The position numbers and the translations under genes were made by a program. Of a stretch of 64,000 bases of DNA, positions 40,730-56,151 are shown piece by piece (the first letter of the stretch is position 1; each line of letters opens with the position of its first letter). The notes beneath the pieces were generated by a model. The model saw nothing but the letters and a program-made list of their open reading frames with translations. It was not told the origin of the DNA and did not search any database. The stretch lies in NCBI RefSeq assembly GCF_009914755.1, contig NC_060938.1. One strand, written 5' to 3'. The stretch is from the human T2T-CHM13v2.0 reference genome, Homo sapiens.

Positions 40730-41755
40730 CAAAAGGTTTGGTTCCTTGAAAATACTTACTAATAAAACACTGGCAAAGTTTACCAACTGAAGAAAAATAA
40801 TTATATAATAAGCAAAATTAGGAATAAAATAGGGGACATAATTTCTTTAAAAGGCTGCAGAGATTTCCAAGATAATAAAAGAATATCACAACCAACTTTC
40901 TGCCAATAAATTTTAAAATAAATTATAGAAAAATGTAACTTAGCAAAATTTTCTAATAAAGAAACAGAACATTAATAGTTCTATAACTGTTTTTTAAAAG
41001 TGAATCTGCATTTTAAAATCTCTCCTACTAAATACACTCATACTTAATGATGAAGTAATTAAACCATTTCCTTTCAGATTAGGAATGAGAGTAAGAAAAT
41101 AAACTATCACATTTCTATTTATCATTGTACTGGTGAACCTAGCCAAAGCAGTAAGGCAAAAGAAAGAAACAAAAGTTATGAGAATCAGAAAGGAAGTACA
41201 CATAAATACTTTCAATACCCTGAGAAGCTATTATTGCCTACATGGATAATCTAAACAGAATAAACAGAATACAAAATAATTAATAAGAGGTTACTGGATT
41301 TATAAATGAATATACAAAAGTCAATTTCAGTCTTACAATCAGCAGTTAAAAACATTAATTTTTTTAAAAAAATTACTCTAATAGTAACAAAATTATAAAT
41401 ACTTAGAAATGTACAAGACCTGTATGGAGAAAATTGTAACATACTTGAAAGACAGTAAAGACTTAAATAAATAAAGATATACTATATTCATGGTTCAGGA
41501 GACTCAATATCATAAAGATATCTTTTGTTTCCAAATTAATGTACAGTTTCAGTGCAACTTATCAAAATCTCAACGGGTTAGCACGTATATTTGAGTGCAG
41601 TGGGGGTGAATGTGCAGCCATGTATATATAATTGAAACCTGATAGCTATTTCAAACATCAGTGTAGAAGTGCAAGGTATAATACCCAAATAGTCTTAAAG
41701 AAAAGAATAATAATTGACAATAGATATTAAGGAAAAGATAATAAAAGTTACAACT
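40730..41755 (+). mobile_element. Old L1ME-like ORF2 fragments
   Basis: ataataaaagaatatcacaaccaact...gccaataaatt; cattgtactggtgaacctagccaaagcagtaaggcaa; aagactta...tattcatgg. Confidence 0.8.
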
Positions 41756-41786
41756 TTAAAAAATCTTCTAAAGTATTCCACAAGAT

Positions 41787-42405
<619 letters not shown>

Positions 42406-42905
42406 CAGATTTAAAATGGCAACCTCCTGAAAATACGGGAAAGCAAAGACCAGGAGGATGACCCCCCATCTTGGAAATTCTCATACCAATGGACCTTCAT
42501 GAATTTTCCTATGTTGGTCCTGATTTTGCTGCCCTACTTTGGAAAGTTGTGGTTTTAATGAACCATATTCTTCTCAAAGAACCTGTTGCTGAAAACCTTC
42601 TTTCCTTTTCACGGATTTTGATTATTTAGCTGAAAAGAGTACATTGTTACAAAACTGTAGCTATGAATGTATTTTCCCTATGGGACATTTAGGCTTTGCT
42701 TTATTCTATTTTTATAGATTGTACCCCTGTGCACCAGCTAGCTGATATGAGATGTTGAAGACAATTAAGAGGTTGTGGGTAGGTCAGCTCTTGGTCAAGC
42801 TACTACAAGAAAGGTAGTTCAAGGGCAAGTTGGCTGATTTTCAGGAAAACAACAAAAGTAGTAAAAATTTCTAATATATATAATTTAATGTGCTCAGAAG
42901 CAGTA

Positions 42906-43095
42906 ATTATAGTAACTAAAATTCACTTGAATATTGTCTATGTACTTGGCATTGCTATGAGCTTTACATGTATTGTCTCATTTAATCTTTAAATCCCAAT
43001 GAGATTGATGGTATTAATTATTCTTATTTTACACAGAGAAAACTGAGGCATGGAGACAGTAAGGTCAGAGAATAAATGTCATAACAGAGCAAAGC
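42906..43095 (-). mobile_element. MIR SINE
   Basis: gctttacatgtattgtctcatttaatc...attttacacagagaaaactgaggca. Confidence 0.85.
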
Positions 43096-43330
43096 CTAGA
43101 GACAAAATGACCAAGACATACATATCTTGGCGTGAATTCCAGCCCTGCCACTTAGTAGTGCCCGGTTTCTGTTCCAGTTAAGTAGGTCTCTGTAAAATAA
43201 ATTTCATAAACTAACAGTACCAGCTCATATGGTTGTTGTATGGCTTAAGTGGTATAATAATGCTTGCAAAGTACTTAGCACAAAGTCAGTAATAAACAGT
43301 AGCTGTAATAATAATAATTATTATTATTAC
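43096..43330 (+). mobile_element. MIR SINE, head-to-head with the previous copy
   Basis: gaattccagccctgccactta...ctgtaaaat...gcaaagtacttagcaca. Confidence 0.75.
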
Positions 43331-44689
43331 AATGCCCAAGCAGTAATGCCTTCAACTATTATTACCCCGAGCCAATTACTCAAAAGTAAATTGTTTTTAA
43401 ACCTAATAATCAAAAATGAGCTTACATCATTTCTAAATATTGCACATTTTGAAAGCACGGGAATTACTATTAATTCAAATGCACACTGATTTTCTACCAA
43501 AAGTGTTGATTTATACTCTATCGCTAAGTGTGTTTCCTGACAACATATTAAGACAACTCCTAATTTTCTTTAAAACACATCCAAAGAGAAACACACCTAA
43601 TATTTTAATCCAGTGACAAATGTGTTTGCCACATGGGTATTATCTGAGAGTTAGCAATTAAACTCCTTGGTCAACAATCCCTGCTTTACTTTGCTTCGTT
43701 CAGCCAACTCCCATTTCTTTTATTTTCCTCAGCACATAATGTGATAAATGTTCCCAATGCAACGTGCTTCACAGGGTAGCTGTGGGGTTGCCAAGGTACA
43801 CACACAAAAAGTCTCACCAGGCAGAGATGAAAAGGAGTGTAATATAGCAAGGCTGCCTGTGACATTCTGGAATTCTTTATGGCTAGGGAAAGCTTGAGGG
43901 CTTGCTCTTGAATATGCAGTTAACCTCATTGTGATTTTTAGTGTGTGTCCCTCCCCATATATCTTATCACAACCAAAAATTATAGACTCTTATCTTAGAG
44001 AAGTTGGGGACCACCGACTTGCCACATGCCCTTGCATGCCACATGACAAAATTCACCTTGCCAATGCATCTCTCTCCATCCCCATGCCAGCTCAGGATTA
44101 GTGCAATGACCTTTCCTAATTAGATGGCACAAATTCCTATCTGGAGTCTTATTCCAAATTGTAGTTACCAGTCATATGACTGTAAGAAAATACTCCAGGC
44201 TGTTATCACCAGGCAGCTGGGGGAGAAAACCAAGGTAGCAATCCTGGCTCTACAAAGCCGTCCTTGGCTCTTTGTAGCGGAACAGAACTGGAAATACTGT
44301 CTGGCCTTGAGGGAAAATAAAGACAAGAGCTTGGCTGTTACAGTTGTAGTCATCGAGTCCTTCTGAAATACCTATATGGAAGATTATTTTACTGATTTTG
44401 TTCTCTTCTTGGAAACAAGCAAGAGTTGGAAGGGGCCTTAGTCTAGACTTACCACTAGTATGCATTAGGTTCATCATCCCAGTGATCTGCATTTTGGATC
44501 CATTGCATCATTTGCCTATCTCTCCTTCCGTAATACCCCCTCCTGCACACACAAACACCAAGACCCCAATACCATCTAGCAATACTGTGAGGACCCTTTT
44601 GTTTTCCATTCATCGTAAGAAGTGTGCTCAACTCTGTACTCCCCTTAAATCTCTAGTTTCCCCATTTGCCCGCCCCTCCCCTTGCACTG

Positions 44690-46700
44690 AATCATTTTCA
44701 CTTAATGACCTTATCCTTCTACTCCACAGAGAAAATCGAAGACTTCCCAGTGGAAATCCTACAAAGTTTGTGCATTGACGTATATTGTATCCTTCCACGA
44801 TGAGAAATAGATGGTCTTTATTTGAACGGATAATCCCTCCACCTGTACTATGGATCCTCTAAAAGTCCAGCTTTTTAAAGAACCTAACCTCACGAATTTC
44901 CCCATCTCTTTATTTTGTCTTTTTGTCTTCAACCTTTTTTTTTTTTCTCCTGTGGCCTCCTTGGCATCAACATTTAAACATCCTCAGTTTCCCTTCCTCT
45001 AAAAAGAAAATAATCTCCTTCGACGCTTTTTCTCCTATAAGCTACCTCTTTCTACATTTTTAATTCACTGGTACTACTTCTATTGTTGTCTTTCTCTCTT
45101 TTTCATTAGCTCCTTGCCTCATCACAAATCCCATGAAACAGCTCTTGTAATGTCACCAATGACTTCTATGTTATCAAATATAATTGGCTTAGCTCTGCTT
45201 ACCTGGCTTCTCTATGGTATTCAGCATATTCCTTCCTGCTTGAAACATGCTCTAGTCTTGATTCCAGGAAACTGGTCTGATTTCCTCCTACCCCAGACAT
45301 TTCCACCTCTTCTCAACTTTTCCAATTCTTTCTGCTCTATCTGACCAGTATATGATGAGTTTTCCAAAACTTAGTTCTAGGTTCTCTTTTCATGTCAAAC
45401 TCTCCCTAGATGATTTCAACTATTCTACACAACTTCATTTACCAGAAATATGCTAATAAATACAAATTAACTTTGCTGCTAGCCTTCTATGAGGCCCAGA
45501 AGTATACTTTCAACTGCACATTCATCTTTATTCACCTTTATTCCAAAGGCATCTTGACTCTAACTTGCCAAACCAATGGGGAAATCTCACTCTATTCTCC
45601 AAAAGTGGCTCTTCCAAGTGTTCTGTACCTAAAAGCACTAGTACCTACCCGTTTGTTCATACAAGAAACTAGGGAATTATTCTTGAGAGTTTCTTCTTCC
45701 TTAACTGCCACATTCAACCAGCCACTGGGTTCTCTCTAATAGGAAGAATCCCTATTTCCCTCCGGTTGTGTTGTCCAAAAGGAACTTCTGGCCCTAGGAG
45801 AAAATAATATTGAAATAACACTTCTAGTTTTCATTCCATCGGTCCTCTCCATATCCTCCTCTTTTATGGGGAAAGGGAAGGTATTACCTTATTGGGGAGT
45901 TTAGAAGGAGCCAGGCCATTATGTGTTCTCCCTCTTTCTCGGTTCATTCTCCAACAGTCCTGAAAAAGTGTCTCTACAGACTGAAATCTTCCCTTAGAGG
46001 TTCATTTTGCATCCTAGGCTTGGACAAAAGGCATTAGGAAAAAATTGGCCACACACTTAAGCTTCCCTGGAAGGATATTGTTCATAGGTCTACTTTTTTC
46101 AATTGACTCCAGACTCAAAGGTTAGAGAAAGAAGATAAATTACTGCCCACAGAAGCTCACAGCATTGCTTTTGTCTTCCGGACACCTCTCATGAACACCA
46201 ATAGTAAAAACCATCTTTACTGTCACTATCTCACTCCAAGCCTGCATCACGGCTCAATAACATTATTAAAATGGCTAGACTGCAAATTTTCTCTTCTCTT
46301 CTTCTAGTCCATTCTCTTAGATGCAGCCTGAGTGGCCTTATTAAAACGCAAGTGACATCATGTCACTCCCCTGATTAAACCTTCACTTTGTTTCCTATTG
46401 CTGTTGGGATGAAAGTTTTAAATGTCCTGCATGCAATGCCACATGTCATGCGCCATTTGAAACATTCTTCCTGTTGTTCATTGCAGACTGCTCAAGCGCT
46501 GCTTTTTTTGCTAGTTGGTCACCCTTTTCCCTCACTCTTGACCAGGATGATCCCAGCATAGCCCAACAATCTCAGATTAAGCTTCATTTCTCAGAGCTCC
46601 AATTAAAAGCAAGAAACCTGTTAACATTATGTACCTTTTCTTTAGCGTCTTGTCCTTTTTCTTTGAGGTACTCATCACTATTTTATTTAATGTTAGTATT
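44690..46700 (+). mobile_element. L2 ORF2/3' region, interrupted at about 45736-46210
   Basis: cacagagaaaat.gaag, gaaacagctctt...gtcaccaatgact, ctccctagatgatttca, then catgtcactcccctg. Confidence 0.8.
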
Positions 46701-47129
46701 AATTAATATTATTCATCGTTTCCAATCCCAACTGGTACATTACCACAGCATTACCATTGCATGAGAGAAAGTAACTGAGGCTCCACTGTGCCAGGCAGCC
46801 TTATTCCTACCAGAACAACTCCATGATAACTAAAGGAGAAATGCACCCTGGGAAAAGTGACACAGTTCATTTGGTATCAGTTGTCCGGTGGTGGAATTAA
46901 TGGACAAAATAGGACTATGCACATACGTATAAAAACAGATCAAAAGTAAGCTTATGAAAAATAGCCATATCATATAAGTTAACATTTTAATGATATATCT
47001 TGTGATATAATAATAAACAATCCATTTATTTTTAATGATTGGAACACTGAGTTGAAAGGGACTTCGAGATACTGCTAATTTTTAAAAGTGATTTATATGG
47101 AAGTAATTTATGTGGAAATAATTTATAAA

Positions 47130-47650
<521 letters not shown>

Positions 47651-48127
47651 CTAGGTTTGTGAATTACATGAAGTATTTTTATAAATGATAATGCATATTA
47701 CATTAAACACATAATTTTAATTATATTCAACATACATATAATTGATTTAGGTAATATACACATTCAAATATGTATTCAAAGTACACATGTAATTGATTTA
47801 GATATTCAATATATATTCAAGTACAACAAAATTGATTTAGGTAGGACACAGGGATACGATGTTGCTTATTTTGTCAAATATTATGAGAAAATCCATAGAA
47901 CACTATTACTTTATAAAAAGAAAAGACAGGTTAACAGTAAAGAAGTAGATCTTTACATTTAAGTTGAATACATTGAGCTTTATGTTATGCATTTCTCCAT
48001 GGAAGTATGAAAACCTGATCTCAGACTATTACTGGTTTGTGAGCTGCACTTGGAGACTCACAATTAAAGTAGCTATTTAATAAATATTACTTGAATCTAA
48101 ACCTGTGCCCTAATATCAGAAAATTGA

Positions 48128-48457
<330 letters not shown>

Positions 48458-48546
48458 TGCCTGGGCTCTTTAAGGTCTCAAGAGAAGACTCTCCTGTGCC
48501 TCATGGTACATGCAAATCCATAGGCTTAACCTTTCAAGTAAACTGA

Positions 48547-48894
<348 letters not shown>

Positions 48895-49071
48895 TGATAA
48901 ATAATAGTCAGTTTTTCAGTTGTTTGGGAAAATTATAGCTAGGATATTTTATTCTGCCTGACTTTAAAAAATGGTTTGAAGGACTTTTAAAAATATGTAT
49001 TAAGATCCTATGTAATAAAACTGTAAATCTACCTACAGAATGGCTGAATTTCATGACATTTTTAAAAAAAC

Positions 49072-49357
49072 GGCCTGGTGCAGTGGCTCACGCCGGTAAT
49101 CCCAGCACTTTGAGAGGCTGAGGTGGGCAGATCACAAGGTCAGGAGTTCAAGACCAGCCTGAGCAATATGGTGAAACCCCATCTCTACTAAATATACAAA
49201 AATTAGCCAGGCGTGGTGGCGCACACCTGTAGTCCCAGCTACTCAGGAGGCTGAGGCAGGAGAATCGCTTGAACCCGGGAGAAGGAGGTTGAGATTGCAC
49301 CACTGCCCTCCAGCCTGGGCGACAGAGCGAGACTCTGTCTCAAACAAACAAACAAAA
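49072..49357 (+). mobile_element. Alu (AluSg-like)
   Basis: gatcacaaggtcaggagttcaagacc; short deletion in the right arm; (CAAA)n tail. Confidence 0.95.
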
Positions 49358-49509
49358 GGCTCCTCAGTGCTCTCATGGAATATAAATTGTATGACTTTTT
49401 GGAAAACAAGCTGGCAATAACATAGTAAAAATCTTAAATTATTTACACTTTCCAAACCATTCTGTCTTTTCATATTTCATATTCCATATTTCAAATATGA
49501 AATTTAAAT

Positions 49510-50340
49510 TCCAATGCCCATAAATAAAGTTTTATTAGAACATAGCCGAGCTTATTTATTTATGTATTTTCTACAGTTGCTTTTGTGTTGCAACTGCACA
49601 CTTAAATAGCTGTGGCAGAAATTTTGTGGCCCACAGAGCCTAAAATACAGTACTCTCTCCTTGTCCATCCTTATCCATAGTGGATATGTTCAAAGTCCCC
49701 CAGTGGATGCCTGAAACCATGGATAGTACCAAACCCTATATACCCTATTTTTTTCCACACATTCATACTTATAATAAAGTTTAAGTTATAGATCAGGCAC
49801 AGTAAAAGATTAACAACAATAACTAATAATAAAATAGAACAGTTACAACAATATACTGTAATAAAAGTTAGGTGAATGTGGTCTCTCTCAACATAATTTA
49901 TCATACTATACTTACCCTTCTTGTGATGATGTGAGTTGATAAAATGCCTGTGTGATGAGACGAAGTGAGTGAATGACATAGGCATTTGATATGAGTGGAA
50001 ACTTCCAGAAATGATTCATAAGATTTAATTTGCATGTTGCTCTAAGTAGTGTGATGTAATCTTGTTCCACCCCACTCTGTCCTGCTGGGATTGCCATTAG
50101 TCACTTAGTATCCCTCTAGGTTATCAGATGATTGACCATCGTGGCATCCCAGTGTTTGTGTTCAAGTAACCCTTATTTTACTTAATAATGGCCCCAAAGT
50201 GCAAGAATTGTGATGTAATATTTTTGGACGTTAGTTGACTGTGGGTCACTGAAACCGCAGAAAGCCTAACTGCAGATAAGAGGCGACTCCTGCATTTACT
50301 ATGTGGCCTTTTACGAAAAAAAATTTTTTGCTGACCCCTG
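49510..50340 (+). mobile_element. MER58 hAT-Charlie element, split by MER44
   Basis: aaataaagttttattagaacatagcc...tggcccacagagcctaaaata | tttactatgtggccttttac...gctgacccctg. Confidence 0.88.
49648..50292 (-). mobile_element. MER44-family (Tigger7-derived) DNA transposon with an apparent internal inversion
   Basis: CAG...CTG TIRs with TA/CA flanks; cccccagtggatgcctgaaacc and ttcaagtaacccttattttacttaataatggcccc motifs. Confidence 0.9.
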
Positions 50341-50872
50341 TCCTAGAAAATAGGGCTATTTCAGGGCGCTCTGCTCAAAAGTTCCTTGCTCCATGCCATG
50401 TTGCCCCTCATATGTATATGGCAAGAAGGTGAAAGGCAACACATAGAAATGTTAACAGAGGAAAATTATCCTTGAGAGAACAGCGCCTAGCCCATTTACT
50501 TAATATTTTTTGAGTGAGTGAATGCATATGTGACTACTAATGGATATAGAGGGACTCATATGGAATGTTCTTAAGAAGTCCTGTGTCATCTCTCCCTTGC
50601 CATTATCTATGGAGAGGTAGCCACTCAATGAAGAAGCCAACAATCACTTGAAGGGGCCTTTGGGTTCTTTACTGTGAGAGAATATCCTGGCTTAACAATT
50701 TCTAGAGTCATGGAATAACAGAGAAAGAATCTTCTCCTATTGCTCTCTGGTTTCTGAGAAGGTTGTCCTGATGCTACTGTGTTAGATAAGCCAGTATGGC
50801 CATTGGAATGAACCACGCTTAGGCCAAGGGCCATGAAATAGGAACTTCTGGTATATTAACTTGTGTCTAGAC

Positions 50873-51074
50873 TGGTGCCACTAGTCACATGTGGCTATTT
50901 ACATTTATTCAAATTAATTAAAATTATATAAGATTAAAATGTTAACTCTTCAGATAGAACAGACACATTTCAGGTATTCAATAGAACAAGTGACTGGTGC
51001 CTTCTATTTTAGTTTCAGGAAAAAATAGGATACAACATTTTCATCATCATAGAAACTTCTATTGGGCAATGCTG
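50873..51074. mobile_element. MER3-like hAT-Charlie element
   Basis: gccactagtcacatgtggcta...catcatcatagaaacttctattgggcaatgctg; 8-bp TSD gtctagac/ctctagac. Confidence 0.85.
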
Positions 51075-51956
51075 CTCTAGACACTGGCACAACTCTTTCA
51101 CGCAACTGATGTTGTAGTGCAGGAGTTGAGCATTTTTGCCTTAAGTCATATGTGTGATTCATCAAATTCACTTCCTAACCCAGTATTTTACATCACAGTA
51201 CATCTCTGAATTTAGAAATCATTGATAGGAGATTGGGCTTCCAAAATTTTATTTTCTAAATTTCAAAAATCTGTGTGTACCTCTCTTGCTTAGGTTTGAG
51301 ATCCAAAGATTAGGTGCAGCTCCATGCCTCACATTAAAAAGACAAGGGGTGATTTTTCACAGAATATAATTCTTATTATGTAATTTGATATACGAAGTCC
51401 TGTGGATGCACACGGCAATCATTTCTTTCTCTACTTCTCTGCAATGTGTTTAAAGCTTTTTGGCTATGAATCAAGTAACTGATGAATGTGTACTGGCTTG
51501 CAACTTTATTTATAAGACCGTTCTCTACTCACAGGGCCTTTTATCCAAACCTGAGAGTACTTTACATCTCCTTACTCATTAGAACATCTCATTCTTCTGG
51601 ATGGGTGACAGGGATTAAATCTGTTCACAGATGGGGAGACCAAGGGGAAAAGTATTACAAGGTCACTTTCTGACATTGGCCATTCTAAGAACTGGATTTA
51701 CTAAACCAATAATAACTGACCCAGTGCTAATAATGATGCTTGGAACTTTGAAGAACATTCCCCATCTAAACTTTTTATAGGATTTTTTTTCCTGAAACTA
51801 TTTTCTGAATATGTAGAAAAGAGTAACTTTTCTTTCTTTTCTTTTTCCCTTCTTTTTCATTCTTTACTTAGTAATTGTAAAAGTAGTAAATGCTAATTTG
51901 AAAACATTTAACAAGTGTAAAGAAGAAAAACTATCCAGGAAACAATTGTTTATTAC

Positions 51957-52020
51957 TTCATTTTTTCATCCAAGTAATATTTGTTGAATGCTTACTACCT
52001 GCCAAGTATCACTCTACTTG
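51957..52020 (-). mobile_element. L2 3' terminal fragment
   Basis: aatatttgttgaatgcttactacctgccaag. Confidence 0.6.
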
Positions 52021-52084
52021 AAGACAACTTTCTCCTCTGGACCCTCTTGGTACTTACGTTTTTCCCAGTATATAAATCAGAAAG

Positions 52085-52560
<476 letters not shown>

Positions 52561-54327
52561 TGCTCCATTGGGAAGTATGTAAGCTATTTGGGACATGAGC
52601 CCAAGAGCATGAGGTCTTAGCACAGTACCAATGTGGAGCAATACAAATGAGTAGGTTTACTTATTATTACTTTTTTAAAATCATGAAAGGAAGGAAGGCA
52701 GGACCAGTGAATCAGGGGATATGGGCCACTGGACTTGGGGCCAAGTTTTTCCAAGATCGAGAAAGGGAAGGCAGATATTTTCTTTCCCAGGCTAAACTTG
52801 TAAATTCCCAAGTGTATCACCAACTATAAAGTACTCCACATTAACACCATTCAGAGCAATGATTGTTAGGTTTTCAAGCAAACTTGTAGACTCAACACAG
52901 AAGAAGAGGTATGCAGGGCAAGTAGGGCTGTGTAATCTTAAATTATAGTGAGTTAAATGGGAGCCTTTGAGAAATGACTATGTTTATCCATAGTATTTGC
53001 AGGTCTCTCTTGCCAGCTTACATACGGCTGTCACAATGGGAATGAAGGAATCATGGAAGCTTCCATACAGCCTTGCCAATTCTCTTTTTTAGTAGGAAGC
53101 TGATTATTCAGTTTGGAAATAAACCCAGATTCCTTGTTTCTCTTTCTGCCTATTTTCCTCCAGTACTTTCTGATCATGTCACTTACAGAAGCTTTGCCAG
53201 AGGATAGAAAGGAACACGTTCAGGAAGTATTTAGTCAATGTTTCATTGTTTTCTGGTAACACAGATAAAAGTTATTTGGAAGACTATATTCCAAGACTAT
53301 CCCTTACTGTTGATAATGCAAATTAGAGATCAATCAAAGCTCTGGTAAGATTATCTTGTTTTCTATCCCAATACTCCACTCTTTAGAAGTGGACATTCAA
53401 GGACTAACCATCTCCTTTTTTCCTCATTAACATGGGCAAATTAAAATCCGAATGCAACAAAATTCTCTCAGAGGTTTTATATTTATTTTTAGCTCTACAC
53501 ATTGATCCCAAACTAGTTTAAAAAAAATAAATTTAACCTTTGAACTGATGAGAACAATTTACAACATATTGAGCAACTTAGAGTTTTCATTGTGTAAGTC
53601 AACAATTAATATATAGTTTAGCTTCCTGCCTTACTAGATTTTATAAAAAGTATAGTTGCTTGAAAATTTTTAAGAACATTATTTTCTAACCACCTTGCCA
53701 CTATGCAATATTTATTGTTACTGTGGAGATTTTCTTTCCCCCTTAGCCTCAGCTTGAGATAATTTTATGCCCTAAAGCACATCACAGTATGCCCTGGAGC
53801 ACATCTTGGGAATCAGAAGTGAATCTTTAAATCACCTGATTTCACATCTCAGCAGCTTTGGTTTGGTCAACATCAGTGAAGAGTATACATTGAGGCAGAG
53901 GTTAAAAACACAAAGACAAAACTCCAAACTGAATGGAATAAATAACTTGCCTTCAAGTGGAAAAAGTCTATAATTTTGTTGATTGTCTTTCATAAAACCT
54001 TTCTCAAAAAAGATGGGCACTTTTATATCCACAAAACAACACCCTCCTCCCACCAAAGTATTTTTTAAATAATTAGGCACTGTCTTTTTTACATGTGATT
54101 TGTCAAATAGAAGAGGTATGCTTCTGGAATCACCTTCTGAGTGCTTTATCATTTCTGCTCTTTATTTGTTCAATGTGAAGATTATTGCTTTTCGCATACT
54201 GTATGTGAGCCCTTCAGAATCCTTTTAAAAGGCTCAAATATGCAGGTCCAACTGTGGCTAAATATATTTTCATTTTATTCTTAAAATTACAGAAGAATGT
54301 ATATGACCTTTGGAGAATGACAAAAAT

Positions 54328-54488
54328 TGCTATGTGATCTTCATTATCAGATTAATTAGGAACAGCCTTTTCTGTAAAGTGGATTTAGAAATACCCACTC
54401 CATAGGATGGTTGTGAAGTCTAACGCGGTTCTCCTATATACACTTCCCAGAATATTGCAGTTCACGTAAGAGACACTCAAATATTCAC
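54328..54488 (+). mobile_element. MIR fragment
   Basis: tctgtaaagtgg...cataggatggttgtgaag...cactcaaata. Confidence 0.65.
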
Positions 54489-54654
54489 TCTATAAGCAAA
54501 ATTGAAGTTAGGTGAAGTTAGGTGCCTCTGAGGGAAAAATCTCAAGTTTTTCTGAGGTGTCCAGAAAATGTTGTTTGGTTTTGGTTTTGGTTTTGGTTTG
54601 AGGTTCTGCTATATAGCACACATTAGGCTAGGTATTGAGTATTTAATTCTCTCT

Positions 54655-55115
54655 AGACTACAGCAATAGGGGCTGACTCCCAATTATCTGTTCTACCCAC
54701 AAATAATTGGCCCAAGCACATAATGATAAATCCAAACATCCTGTCTGTAATGGGTTCAGGGATAACCAATTCTGGCTAAAGACGTATAGAGAAAATTTCG
54801 ACAAGAGGACACCTGTTAAGAGATTGCCACATGATACAATAATTGTCCTCATACCTCCAGACTTGGCCATTTGGGGGCATAAGGGTTAGCACTAAAGCAA
54901 CTATCTTGCTACTAGCATGAAATAAAACTCATGAATGGCAGAGGGCACATCCTGATGACATCATTTACTTGCTGAAACAACCAATCCTGGAGTACACCCT
55001 ACTACTGGCCTTCTTAGGTATGAAATAATAAATGTCCTTGTTTAAGTCAGCTGGTGTTATTTTTATATTACTTGGACTTAACAACAACAAGCAGACAGAA
55101 ACAAAAACACCATTC
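54655..55115 (+). mobile_element. Old MLT1 (J/K/L-like) MaLR LTR
   Basis: tgggttcagggat.accaattctggc, cctgatgacatcatt, ataataaatgtccttgtttaagtca. Confidence 0.65.
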
Positions 55116-55611
55116 TACCTAAAAAGAGTAGCTTCCAAACTATCTCTTTACTTCTACTCTTGCTTCTCATAGTCTATTTTCAGCACAATAGCCAAAGATC
55201 CTTTACACTCTTATCTTCCCCTGACTCAAAACCATGTAGTGGCCACCAATAAACCTTAGAATATAATCCAAAATTATTATCAAGGCTTACAGCATCCAAT
55301 ATGATCTGACCCTTTTCACTACCCCAGCATCACCTCTTTCCAGTCTGACCCTCCATAGCTCAGCTAATGTCCACAAAGGTCTTCTTTCTCCTCCTTGAAC
55401 AGCCATTTCTCATCTCAAAGACTTCATTCTTCTCTCTGCCTGAAATGTGCTTCTCTTAGTTTTATTTCATTCTATTCTCAGTTCAGTTATCTTCTCAGAG
55501 AGGCCTTAATCATCCTATCAACAAAATAGCATGCACGCTCACCTAAACCCAGCTTTTTATTTCATTTGCTACATTATTTACTTTATAGCATATATTACTT
55601 TCTGCAATTGA

Positions 55612-55657
55612 ATTGAAAGTAATGGCAAAAACCACAGTTACTCTTGCACCAAACTAA
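55612..55657. mobile_element. Half MADE1 (Hsmar1 mariner MITE), one TIR
   Basis: gtaatggcaaaaaccacagttactcttgcaccaaactaa followed by TA. Confidence 0.9.
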
Positions 55658-55775
55658 TATGTATTAGTTTACTTGATTTTATCTGTTGTCCACACTAAAA
55701 TGAAAACTACATGAGAGTAGAGACCCTGTCTACTTTGTTCACCCTTGTGTCTCCAGGGCCTTGTACAGTGTCTGG

Positions 55776-56151
55776 TGATGTAGTTTGGCTCCGTGTCTCC
55801 ACCCAAATCTCATCTCAAATTGTATTTCCCATGTGTCAGGGAAGGGGCCTAGTGCGAGATAATTAGGTCATGGGGACGGATTTCCCTCTTGCTGTTCTCA
55901 TAGTAGCGAGTTCTCACAAAATCTGATGGTTTAAAACTGTGTGGCTTCTTCGTGCTCTCTCTCTCCTGCTCTGCCATGGTAGATATGTGTTTGCCTCCCC
56001 TTTGCCTTCCATCATGATTGTAAGTTTCCTGAGGCCTCCCAGCCATGCTTCCTGTTAAGCCTGTGGAACTCCGAGTGAACTAAATCTCTTTTCTTTAAAA
56101 ATTACGCAGTCTCAGGTAGTTTTTTACAGCAGTGTGAAATGGACTAATGCA
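55776..56151 (+). mobile_element. THE1D/MSTA-like MaLR solo LTR
   Basis: tgatgtagtttggct...cacccaaatctcatct...ggactaatgca; TSD tctgg/cctgg. Confidence 0.93.
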
